Assembly (NCBI GenBank): GCA_002372275.1
Contig: DFFP01000013.1
Span: forward strand, 15,603-79,602
Source: Alphaproteobacteria bacterium UBA3773
GTDB lineage: Bacteria > Pseudomonadota > Alphaproteobacteria > RF32 > CAG-239
Length of the DNA stretch: 64,000 nt
Direction of reading: 5' to 3'
In this document: piece after piece, positions 50,037-58,536 of the stretch
Layout of the letters: each line of letters starts with the position of its first letter
Position numbering within the stretch: position 1 is the first letter of the stretch
Notes under the pieces: generated by a model
What the model was told of the DNA's origin: nothing
Seen by the model: the letters and a program-made list of their open reading frames with translations, nothing else
Database searches by the model: none
Translations under genes and position numbers: made by a program

Positions 50037-50972
50037 ATGAATAACGCATTAATTTTAAATGAAGACTATTTAGAGTTTCATGCAAAGCCCGTTTTAAAGT
50101 GGGCTGGCGGCAAAGGTATGCTTTTACCACAAATCACAGAGCATTTACCTACAAAGTTAAAATTTGGTGCAATAAAGCGTTATATTGAACCGTTTGTCGG
50201 CGGTGGTGCTGTTTTCTTTGAACTGACAAACAACTATAATTTTGAAGATGCGTATCTGTTTGATGTTAATCCTGAACTAGTTATACTCTATAATGTGATT
50301 AAAAATAACGTTGAAGATTTGATATCTGAGTTGTCCGTTTTACAGCAAGCTTATAATGATGCATCGGATAAAACGGCATTCTACTATTCTATTCGTGATG
50401 AGTATAATCATTTTGATAAAAATGTGGATGCAAATAAATATACAACTGATTTTATTAGGCGCGCAGCTTTAACAGTTTGTTTGAACCGAACCTGTTTTAA
50501 TGGTTTGTTTAGGGTTAATTCAAAGGGACTGTTTAACGTTCCTGTCGGAAAGTACAAGAATCCGCGGATTTTAGATGAAAGTAATTTAAGAGAAGTTTCA
50601 AAAGCTCTGCAGTGCGCAACAATACTGCAAACGGATTTTGCTTCTGCTTTAGACTATGTAAACTCTGATGCCTTTGTTTATTATGACCCACCGTATCGAC
50701 CGATTAACGCCAGTTCGTTTAATTCTTATGCTGTTGGCGATTTTGATGATGATGAACAAAGACGTTTAAAAGATGTTTTCGCTAAGGCAAATGAGTTAGG
50801 CGCTTTGCAGATGCTCAGCAATTCTGACCCGACCAACTACAATCCTAAAGACATGTTCTTTGATAGTTTATATCGTGATTATACAATTCACAGAATTTGG
50901 GCAAAAAGAATGATTAATGCTGATCCGAATGGTCGCGATGGTGTAAGGGAACTTTTAATTACGAACTATTGA
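50037..50972 (+). CDS. Dam-family (alpha-class) N6-adenine DNA methyltransferase
   Basis: N-terminal AdoMet motif LKWAGGKG and the catalytic YYDPPY later in the sequence, which is the order seen in Dam/M.DpnII-like enzymes. Confidence 0.85.
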   Translation: MNNALILNEDYLEFHAKPVLKWAGGKGMLLPQITEHLPTKLKFGAIKRYIEPFVGGGAVFFELTNNYNFEDAYLFDVNPELVILYNVIKNNVEDLISELSVLQQAYNDASDKTAFYYSIRDEYNHFDKNVDANKYTTDFIRRAALTVCLNRTCFNGLFRVNSKGLFNVPVGKYKNPRILDESNLREVSKALQCATILQTDFASALDYVNSDAFVYYDPPYRPINASSFNSYAVGDFDDDEQRRLKDVFAKANELGALQMLSNSDPTNYNPKDMFFDSLYRDYTIHRIWAKRMINADPNGRDGVRELLITNY

Positions 50973-50974
50973 GA

Positions 50975-51760
50975 ATGAAAGAGATTTATAATTTATATTG
51001 TGCCGATTGTATTAAAAAATTAAAAGATTTCCCTGAAAACACTTTTGATATGATTTTTGCTGACCCGCCTTATATGCTTTCTAATGGTGGTATTAGTTGT
51101 CAAAACGGACGTGTTGTTTCCGTTAATAAAGGTGATTGGGATGAAAGCAAAGGTTTCAAAGAAGATTTTAAATTTCACAAGAAATGGTTGTCAGCCTGTA
51201 AGCGCGTTTTGAAACCAAATGGAACTTTATGGGTATCCGGAACCTATCACAGCATTTTTCAATGTGGTTTTGCTATGCAGTTACTGGGGTATCATATTCT
51301 AAATGATATTTCTTGGTTTAAGCCTAATGCCAGCCCGAATATGTCTTGTCGTTATTTCACAGCAAGTCATGAAACGTTGATTTGGGCCAGAAAAGATAAG
51401 AAATCGCGGCACTATTTTAATTATGATGCGATGAAAGACGGGGATTTTCCGAAAGATTTTATTAAAAAACCTCACTCGCAAATGAGAAGTGTTTGGTCTA
51501 TCGGAACACCTACACCGAGTGAAAAACAATTTGGGAAGCACCCGACCCAAAAGCCTTTGGAGTTGTTGGAACGAATCATTCTCGCTTCAACAAAGGAAAA
51601 TGACCTGATTTTGGATCCGTTTATGGGAAGTGGCACAACCGGAGTAGCCGCTATGAAATTAGGTCGACAATTTATCGGAATCGAAAAGAATCCGGAATTT
51701 ATCGTGCTGGCGGATAAAAGGATTTTTGATGCGTATCAACATAAGGAGAATAAAGAATGA
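50975..51760 (+). CDS. Beta-class N6A/N4C DNA methyltransferase (M.DpnA/M.MboIC-like)
   Basis: Catalytic DPPY near the N-terminus (MIFADPPYM) and AdoMet motif ILDPFMGSGTTG near the C-terminus. An ATG at 50975 is preferred over the TTG at 50969. Confidence 0.85.
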   Translation: MKEIYNLYCADCIKKLKDFPENTFDMIFADPPYMLSNGGISCQNGRVVSVNKGDWDESKGFKEDFKFHKKWLSACKRVLKPNGTLWVSGTYHSIFQCGFAMQLLGYHILNDISWFKPNASPNMSCRYFTASHETLIWARKDKKSRHYFNYDAMKDGDFPKDFIKKPHSQMRSVWSIGTPTPSEKQFGKHPTQKPLELLERIILASTKENDLILDPFMGSGTTGVAAMKLGRQFIGIEKNPEFIVLADKRIFDAYQHKENKE

Positions 51761-52299
51761 AAGAAAATGGTATAGGTGGTGCAAACACCAAGACAGGTTT
51801 GGTCTTTGAAGGAAAAACAGATTTGCAAACATTTTTATGTGGGCAAAAGGGATACTCATGCCAAACTAATAATTCAGGTTGGGTAGATGTCTTTTATAAC
51901 AAAGAACAAGTTGCTTCTATTTTTAAGAAAACAGCACTATATCGTTTTCTCGACAGTAGAAAGGTTGATTGGAAATCTATATTATCCAAAAAACTTTTGC
52001 CAGACGATTCTATTTATGTCGTCTGCAATAATACCTTTTTTGTTATAGAATGTAAATTTCAGAAAGTTGCAGGTTCTGTTGATGAAAAACTACAAACATG
52101 TGATTTTAAGAAAAAACAATATAAAAAGTTGTTGGCTCAACTTAATATGGAAGTAGAATATATATACTTATTGAGTGAGTGGTTTAAACAAAAACAATAT
52201 AAAGATGTTTTGGAGTATATTATTTCTGTTGGATGCTCTTATTACTTTGAATACATTCCGTTGAGCAAGTTTGGTTTACCTGTTCCTGAAAAAATATGA
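51757..52299 (+). CDS. Putative type II restriction endonuclease (PD-(D/E)xK)
   Basis: 180 aa with PDD...(15 aa)...IECK, matching the PD-(D/E)xK signature. Its ATG overlaps the MTase stop (ATGA). Specificity unknown. Confidence 0.5.
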   Translation: MKENGIGGANTKTGLVFEGKTDLQTFLCGQKGYSCQTNNSGWVDVFYNKEQVASIFKKTALYRFLDSRKVDWKSILSKKLLPDDSIYVVCNNTFFVIECKFQKVAGSVDEKLQTCDFKKKQYKKLLAQLNMEVEYIYLLSEWFKQKQYKDVLEYIISVGCSYYFEYIPLSKFGLPVPEKI

Positions 52300-52312
52300 A
52301 AGGAAAATTTAT

Positions 52313-53368
52313 ATGACAAAAGAATATAATTACAAGTTAACGAGTTATAATGCGAGTTTTAGCTTAAAAGAGTATACAGAAAGATATGCTGAAAAAAGTA
52401 TCTCTGATGAGGAAAATGTGCTCAAAATAGGTCGTTTCTTTGCACCAGCTTTTCAAAGAAATGCTGTTTGGACTGATAAAGCTAAAAGTAAGCTAATCGA
52501 AACTTTTTTAATTAAGTTACCTGTTCCTCCTGTTTTTTTATACAAAAATAGAAATGCTCAACATGAAATTATTGATGGTTATCAGAGAATTAAAACAATA
52601 TATGATTTTATGAAAAATAAGCTAAGGTTGGTAGGTTTAGATAGCTGTTACAACAAAAAAATCTTTGATGATTTATCAGAAATAGAAAAAGCTGACTTTG
52701 AAACAAAGATGTTAAATTGTGTTATCATAGAAAATATTGATGAAACAAGTGATAGAGATGCTTTATATGAAATTTTTGCGCGCCTAAATTCTGGGGGAAC
52801 AAATTTAAATAATATGGAGATTAGAAGAGCGATAGGTTGGGGCAGATTATTATTTGACATAGAAGAATTTAATAAAACTAGAGAATGGAAACTTTTATGG
52901 GGAGAAAAAACAGCAAATCGTTATGAGGATATAGAATTAATTTTAAGAATTCTGGCATTATCTGAAGTAGTATTTGATAAAGGAATGAGGGAATTTTTAA
53001 ATAATTATCTTGAAGACAATAAATATGCAGATAAGCGTGAAAAGTTAAATCTTCTGAAGAACTCCATTTTACTAATTTTAGAAAATTATAAATCTAATAA
53101 GCCTTTTCACAGCGAAAAAGGAACAAGAGTAAATTTTGCTCTTGCTGATTCTATTTTACCTGTGATAATGAATCATCCCGAAATTTCCAACATTTCTCAA
53201 AAACTTCATAAATTACTGGATAGAGATTTTGATAACTATTATAGTAGCGAGCTAGAAAAGGAACTTTGTAAAAATTTCCAAAGTATTTGTTTTAAAGGGC
53301 AAGGTTCTATATCGAAAAAAGCTGTTTGTGAACGTAGAAATATCGCTGAAAAGATTTTATTGTCATGA
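52313..53368 (+). CDS. DUF262 (ParB-like, DGQHR-motif) domain protein
   Basis: Conserved FQR...DGYQRI motif (the DGxQR of DUF262/GmrSD N-terminal domains). An RBS aagga immediately follows the REase stop, and the ATG at 52313 is preferred over the TTG at 52271. Confidence 0.7.
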   Translation: MTKEYNYKLTSYNASFSLKEYTERYAEKSISDEENVLKIGRFFAPAFQRNAVWTDKAKSKLIETFLIKLPVPPVFLYKNRNAQHEIIDGYQRIKTIYDFMKNKLRLVGLDSCYNKKIFDDLSEIEKADFETKMLNCVIIENIDETSDRDALYEIFARLNSGGTNLNNMEIRRAIGWGRLLFDIEEFNKTREWKLLWGEKTANRYEDIELILRILALSEVVFDKGMREFLNNYLEDNKYADKREKLNLLKNSILLILENYKSNKPFHSEKGTRVNFALADSILPVIMNHPEISNISQKLHKLLDRDFDNYYSSELEKELCKNFQSICFKGQGSISKKAVCERRNIAEKILLS

Positions 53369-53886
53369 TAGTATATCTAAAACAGACGGAAAAACTTTTT
53401 CTTTCTCTTAACGAGGAATATAAAAATTCAAAAGCTGCAGGTGTGTTGACAGTTGTAACTCCTACGGCATTTGTTTCTTTTTTAATTATTCGTCTATCGT
53501 GCGAATTCGAATATTATGTACATGACATTGTAATTAAAAAGTGGAAATCTGAAACAACTTCAACAAAATTACATAATTTTCTACAAAATAAAATAAAAAT
53601 TCGTTCCTCTAAAAGAGAGCAATTACGTAATAATTTAAAAGAATATTTTGTAGATATTGATAATATTGATATTTTGTTTACTGATGACAAAGGGAAAAAT
53701 TACTATGATAAGATATTTGGAAAGAAAAAGGATGAGACAGGAGAGAATAATATAAGAGACCAAATAGCACATTTGTTAAGTTTACAGTTTTCTCTGTTGC
53801 CTCAATGGGATGAAATGTATGATTATATCCAAATTTGTGATAATGCCTTACAAAATATTGAAGCGAATTTGGATTTTAAGATGTAA
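53365..53886 (+). CDS. HEPN-like protein (Rx4H motif), possibly of the MAE_28990/MAE_18760-like family
   Basis: The start overlaps the DUF262 stop (ATGA). All-helical, with a C-terminal ...NNIRDQIAHLL (R-x4-H) motif. The family assignment is made from memory. Confidence 0.45.
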   Translation: MIVYLKQTEKLFLSLNEEYKNSKAAGVLTVVTPTAFVSFLIIRLSCEFEYYVHDIVIKKWKSETTSTKLHNFLQNKIKIRSSKREQLRNNLKEYFVDIDNIDILFTDDKGKNYYDKIFGKKKDETGENNIRDQIAHLLSLQFSLLPQWDEMYDYIQICDNALQNIEANLDFKM

Positions 53887-53899
53887 AAATAATCTTAAG

Positions 53900-53919
53900 A
53901 CCATGTGGACAGTATATGT
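53900..53919. repeat. Right 20-bp terminal inverted repeat of the defence cassette
   Basis: accatgtggacagtatatgt; its reverse complement acatatactgtccacatggt matches the left repeat at 19 of 20 positions. Confidence 0.75.
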
Positions 53920-54082
53920 CATTGTTTTTGAAATAAAAAAAGTACGTGGCTGGTATCTTCAGTTTGGGTGTTCACAATGGTTGCGAAACTGCGACCAAGT
54001 GGTATAACTAATTGAAATAGAATAATTTTTTAACCGTCAAAAAATGGTATCTTTTTCCTGATTTAGGGGTAGTTTGCACGAC

Positions 54083-54126
54083 CAAGACACAAAGACCGCC
54101 TTTATGGCGGTTTTTTTTGTGTCTTG
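54083..54126. terminator. Long bidirectional terminator hairpin
   Basis: caagacacaaag-accgcc-tttat-ggcggt-tttttttt-gtgtcttg (nested stems). Confidence 0.7.
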
Positions 54127-54139
54127 AATGCGAAAGCGT

Positions 54140-54156
54140 GGGGTTCGAACCAGCGA
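54140..54156 (-). other. Decayed tRNA T-arm-like fragment (13-nt identity to tRNA-Pro, inverted orientation)
   Basis: The minus-strand sequence tcgctggttcgaa is identical to positions 49350..49362 of the tRNA-Pro gene. The flanks do not fold as a full tRNA. Confidence 0.4.
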
Positions 54157-54248
54157 GAAGCTGTTCGACAAGAAGGATAAGGCACACGAGGTGTGCCGGT
54201 GCCGTTAGGCATATCCGACGCAGCGACGCAGATTTTTTTGATAAAAAA

Positions 54249-54270
54249 ATCAAGTCAATCCAGTCATAAG
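54249..54270 (+). repeat. Direct repeat copy 1 (atcaagtcaatccagtcataag), weakly resembling the tRNA-Pro 3' end
   Basis: About 19 of 21 positions identical to copy 2 at 55572..55592. Shares agtcaatcc with the tRNA 3' strand. Confidence 0.5.
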
Positions 54271-54379
54271 GCCAACACAAGAAAATCCTGCCCTTTTGAC
54301 TTAACAGAACTTATTTCTCTTGATTTTTGACAAAAATAGTATAAAATATTGATTAGTTAAAGATGGATTAGAGGCGAAA

Positions 54380-55426
54380 ATGAACTGCGACGATTTTGAA
54401 GCTTTGAGTTGTTTGTGTAAGATAACTGCATCTGCTGAAACTGGTTTGGTTAGATTTGAAGCACAGAGAGGATATGAAGTTACTGTGGCTGAATTAATCA
54501 AAAAAAATCAGCTTGAAAATTTATCTACGAAAGCATGGCATAATTTTTGGGAGGAATATATGCCAACTATTCAAGTACGTAGAAAATTAAGAGAACAGAA
54601 AATCAATGATTTTAAAAATAAGTCTTCGGAAAATATCGCTCAGCTTTCGTTAAAAGAAAGAATTGATTATCTTGAAGCCATATTTCATAAATATCAAACA
54701 AAGGGTGAAATGTCTGATATTTGCTCTAAAAATAAGGATAAATTAATGACGCTGCTTTATGGCATCAAATTGCCGAAGGATTTTTGGAAAAGTGAGGATC
54801 AACAAGCCGATCGCTTTGTTTCATTGGTTGCTCATAATAAAAAAATTACCGATAATATGAAAAATTGGCACAATATCAGTATAGAAGATAAAAAAGAAAC
54901 AATAAAAGAAACGGTAAAGATTATTGGATATGTATATGGTGCTCCTTTGGAAGTCGGATTTTATACTTCGGAGGAATATCGGAAAAAAGAGAATCTTGAT
55001 GAAAATGCACCGGTATTCGGAGCATATCATCAAGAAGGAAAATTATTTTTTAATACCGATCGTTTAGAAAATAGCGATAACTATATGGGAGTATCTGTTG
55101 TATTTCATGAATTTACACATAAACGGCAAAAAGAAACAAAGTTTGAAGACCCGTTGATAAACAGATTATTTGCTTGTAGAGTATATAACGCTGTTGGTTA
55201 TGAAAGGATAAATGTAGATACTTCCTCTCCGGAATACGGCGATATATATTCGTTAATGCCAACTGAAGTACACGCGTATGCTATGCAAAAATATGTTGAA
55301 GATGAGATTACAAATAAAACCGGAATAGAAAAGACTCAAGCTCAAGAAACAAAAGATGTAAGGCAAGTGCATGATAAATCTTTTGCTGTGGCTGCAATAG
55401 CATTGCAACATTCAAATCGAAGATAA
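54380..55426 (+). CDS. HExxH zinc-metallopeptidase-like protein (348 aa)
   Basis: Motif VVFHEFTHKRQ in the C-terminal third; flanked by ~21-bp direct repeats. Confidence 0.45.
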   Translation: MNCDDFEALSCLCKITASAETGLVRFEAQRGYEVTVAELIKKNQLENLSTKAWHNFWEEYMPTIQVRRKLREQKINDFKNKSSENIAQLSLKERIDYLEAIFHKYQTKGEMSDICSKNKDKLMTLLYGIKLPKDFWKSEDQQADRFVSLVAHNKKITDNMKNWHNISIEDKKETIKETVKIIGYVYGAPLEVGFYTSEEYRKKENLDENAPVFGAYHQEGKLFFNTDRLENSDNYMGVSVVFHEFTHKRQKETKFEDPLINRLFACRVYNAVGYERINVDTSSPEYGDIYSLMPTEVHAYAMQKYVEDEITNKTGIEKTQAQETKDVRQVHDKSFAVAAIALQHSNRR

Positions 55427-55571
55427 CAACCACATTCTCAATGAAGAACCATACGACGAAAGCCGAAGGTATCTTTAGCTTGCTCCGAACGACTCTTGTC
55501 TATCCGTCTTTTCGTCAAGCTTTGGGTTCGTTTTTCACCGCATGGAGCAGGTAGTTTATACATTTGCTATT

Positions 55572-55592
55572 ATCAAGTCAATCCGGTCAAAG
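55572..55592 (+). repeat. Direct repeat copy 2 (atcaagtcaatccggtcaaag)
   Basis: See copy 1. Confidence 0.5.
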
Positions 55593-55670
55593 ATAAATAT
55601 AAAATTCATTTTACAATCATTTTTTTATCAATATAATATCTAAAAAAATCAACTCTGAGGCATTGATAAA

Positions 55671-56477
55671 ATGTTTGAAATCATTGAAGACGGTGTTTTA
55701 CTTGATCAAAACGTGCAAATCGGAAATTATGTCACCATCAAAAAAGGTGCTAAAATCGGTAAAAACACAATTATCAGCGATTATACATATATCGATTCAA
55801 ATGTTGTTATCGGTGAAAACAATTATATCGGCACAGGTGTCATCATCAAAGGAAACGTTCAAATCGGTGATAATAATCATATTCTTGATCAAACAATCAT
55901 CGGCCTTCCTTCCAAACATATCGGTTATCATTTTTATAAAGGACGCGTTTTAATCGGAGACAATAACTTTATCGGTAATGCTTGTGCAATTGATTGCGGT
56001 AACAATCACTTATCTTGCAAACATCCTGAATTATTGCCATATTTAAGCGTCGATTTGCCGCAAAATACAGATTATGAAGATGCCACAATTATCGGTAATC
56101 GCTGTTATATTTTAAACAATGTCACCATTCATCACAACTGCCGCATCGGGCTCGGAAATCTTAAAAACAGCTCAAGCGAATATGACACCGTGATATGCAC
56201 CGGTTGCTGTTTGAACGGATTTGTTTCACTGCGAAAAGGTTGTGAACTCGGTAGCGGAACATATATAAGAGAATATGCATCAATCGGCGAAGGAGCATAT
56301 ACATCTATGATGACGCATGTTGTCAAAGATGTTCCGCCTTTTGCATTTATTCGAAATAATCAATTTGTCGGCGATTTTGAAAGATTAATTCAAAAATTTA
56401 AAATCTCAAAAAATGAAATCATAAAACTTCGAAATGAATTTGAAAACAAAAGAAGTCAAAAATTAAAATGTTATTAA
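55671..56477 (+). CDS. LpxA-like hexapeptide-repeat acyltransferase (left-handed beta-helix)
   Basis: Multiple [LIV]-G-x-x-x-x hexapeptide repeats and a C-terminal ...VVKDVPPFAF...G... helical domain, like the LpxA DVPPY region. Confidence 0.65.
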   Translation: MFEIIEDGVLLDQNVQIGNYVTIKKGAKIGKNTIISDYTYIDSNVVIGENNYIGTGVIIKGNVQIGDNNHILDQTIIGLPSKHIGYHFYKGRVLIGDNNFIGNACAIDCGNNHLSCKHPELLPYLSVDLPQNTDYEDATIIGNRCYILNNVTIHHNCRIGLGNLKNSSSEYDTVICTGCCLNGFVSLRKGCELGSGTYIREYASIGEGAYTSMMTHVVKDVPPFAFIRNNQFVGDFERLIQKFKISKNEIIKLRNEFENKRSQKLKCY

Positions 56478-56498
56478 CTTTGCCAATATAAGGAAACT

Positions 56499-57662
56499 TT
56501 GATGCTCGAAAGAAACACATTTCTATTTAAAATTTATCATTTTTTTTGGCGATTTAAGCCGCTTGAAGTCTTAATGATTGTGTATTTTTATCATGTCACG
56601 AAATCATATACATTTGCCGCCGCCGTTTTTGCCATTTTTAATATTTGCTATGCATTAGCAAAAATCCCATGCGGACTTATTTCAGATAAAATCGGCAGAA
56701 AACCTGTATTAATTATCTCTAATTTTTTCTTAACCGCCGCTTTTCTTTGTTTGGGGTTCGCCGGACAATTTGAAATAAAATATCTCTTGTACCTTTTTTC
56801 TATATTTTGGGCCTTAAGTGAGGCTATGGCTGTCGGGACCGTTGATGCTCTGATTTATGAAACGTCACAAAGTTTAGGACAATCTGATAAATTTTATTTA
56901 ATATATTCAAAATCAATGTTCTTTTCTCAAGCCGGATGCGCTTTCGGTTCTTTTTGGGCCATGATTGTCACATATGCTTTCCCATTGCAGTTTGTAGCTT
57001 GGCTTTCTGTTTTTCCCCCAGCTATGCAGTTGATTATTTCTTATTTTTTTGTAGAACCGAACATCAAAAAAGAAAAAACTTCTTTATCGCTCAAAGATAC
57101 GTTATCTGCATTAAAACAATTTAAATACAACAAAAATCTTTTGTTTTATGCTATCACAGATATTCATTTCAGCGCCCTCGGCGATATTTCGCATCGTTTA
57201 GAAAGTGCTTATTTCAAGCTATTTGCAAGCGATTGGATTATCAGTTTTGCACGAACGCTCAAACACCTTTGCGGTATGGCCGGATGTGTTTTCGTCACGC
57301 ATTTACGCCGATTTTCAAAAGCGCATGTCTATTTCGGCTCCATTATCTCAAATGTTTTTGTTCGTACACTTGCCCTTATTTTCAACAATATTTGCACCCC
57401 GTTTATCCACGCTTTCATTAACTTTTTTTACACAACCGCCTTAACAACACAAACAGAAATTATGCAAGAAAAATACTTGCCTCAATATCGTGCAACATCG
57501 CAGTCGCTTATCCAATTTATCAAAGGTATATACATGGCTCTTTTGATATTTTTTCTCGGTATTTTTGCAGATTTTTACGGTATATATTTTGCGATGATCG
57601 CACTTTTAATCTTAAGATTAATTGGTTTTGTTTTGGTATATTCATTTCGAAAATTCGCTTAG
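56499..57662 (+). CDS. MFS-type transporter
   Basis: About 12 TM segments with the loop 2-3 motif SDKIGRKPVL. Confidence 0.7.
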   Translation: MMLERNTFLFKIYHFFWRFKPLEVLMIVYFYHVTKSYTFAAAVFAIFNICYALAKIPCGLISDKIGRKPVLIISNFFLTAAFLCLGFAGQFEIKYLLYLFSIFWALSEAMAVGTVDALIYETSQSLGQSDKFYLIYSKSMFFSQAGCAFGSFWAMIVTYAFPLQFVAWLSVFPPAMQLIISYFFVEPNIKKEKTSLSLKDTLSALKQFKYNKNLLFYAITDIHFSALGDISHRLESAYFKLFASDWIISFARTLKHLCGMAGCVFVTHLRRFSKAHVYFGSIISNVFVRTLALIFNNICTPFIHAFINFFYTTALTTQTEIMQEKYLPQYRATSQSLIQFIKGIYMALLIFFLGIFADFYGIYFAMIALLILRLIGFVLVYSFRKFA

Positions 57663-57763
57663 CACTCATCTCATAACAGAAAAAAATACTTGACAAAATT
57701 TTAACATGCGTTATGATGTACGAACTTTAGTAAACTTTATTAACTTATAAATTCTCTACAATT

Positions 57764-58456
57764 ATGACACTATTTGCTATTATCGTTACAGTCGGTGTGA
57801 TATATGCCGCCTGTATGTATGACCCCGAATTGTTATGGGTTATCGGAGTTGCCTGTGTGGCGCAGTTTATTCGCAATTTGTTAAAGACAGAACCTGAATT
57901 AAGCCAAAAGCAGACCCAGGATCGATTAGTCTACAACGACTTTTTTAAAGGTATGAGGTATTCGCCTTGGTCTAAGTATTTCAGTATTAATGAAGCCAAA
58001 GAAAAGCTTCAACAAACGACAAATGAAATGGTTATTAAGGCACTCTACCATGAAATTTTAGATGACCTTGAAATTGAAGATGATAAAACATATTGCAATA
58101 ATATGCACTATGTTCTCATCGAAATCAGGCAAGAAATTGCAAACAGACAAATTGAAGCTTATCGCCACGGCAAGCCAAAAGGTGACACCAACTATGCCCA
58201 AAACTATGCAGCTTCGCTCGGCGTTTCGCTCACATCTTCTGAGTTAACTGATGAAGAAGCTCTCAAAAATGCCGGACAGTGTTCAACTGCTGATTTGGTC
58301 TACGTGATCTTAGATGTGCCGGAGCAAATTAGCAACACTACAGCTGAGCTGACAACCGGACGCGAGGAAGAAATGGAAGGTTATTACCACAACAACTTGC
58401 GCAAGATTGAATATCTTCTCCGCCTTGAGCTGGCAAAGCGTTTTCTTGAATCGTAA
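57764..58456 (+). CDS. Hypothetical membrane-anchored protein (230 aa)
   Basis: N-terminal TM hairpin; no recognizable motifs. Confidence 0.3.
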   Translation: MTLFAIIVTVGVIYAACMYDPELLWVIGVACVAQFIRNLLKTEPELSQKQTQDRLVYNDFFKGMRYSPWSKYFSINEAKEKLQQTTNEMVIKALYHEILDDLEIEDDKTYCNNMHYVLIEIRQEIANRQIEAYRHGKPKGDTNYAQNYAASLGVSLTSSELTDEEALKNAGQCSTADLVYVILDVPEQISNTTAELTTGREEEMEGYYHNNLRKIEYLLRLELAKRFLES

Positions 58457-58504
58457 GATTGATTTGGTTTTACAATCTATCAAGCATTTGCTTATCAGGT
58501 AAAA

Positions 58505-58532
58505 AAGAGGCACTTTCTGCCTCTTTTTTTTG
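58505..58532. terminator. Bidirectional rho-independent terminator
   Basis: Hairpin agaggca-ctttc-tgcctct followed by T9. Confidence 0.75.
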
Positions 58533-58536
58533 CTTT

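Noticed and set aside
50969-52312. ORF-track starts at TTG 50969 (second MTase) and TTG 52271 (DUF262), and at GTG 62395 (glycosyltransferase).
   Set aside because: In-frame ATG codons with better context (an ATGA stop-start overlap or a preceding AAGGA RBS) lie at 50975, 52313 and 62422.
54120-54300. Possible two-piece tmRNA (ssrA) or another structured ncRNA on the minus strand, suggested by a TTCGAAC T-loop-like segment.
   Set aside because: The T-stem does not pair (gctgg against cccac). No acceptor stem or CCA end is present, and no tag-peptide reading frame ending in ...AA-stop appears in any frame. It is better explained as a decayed tRNA fragment.
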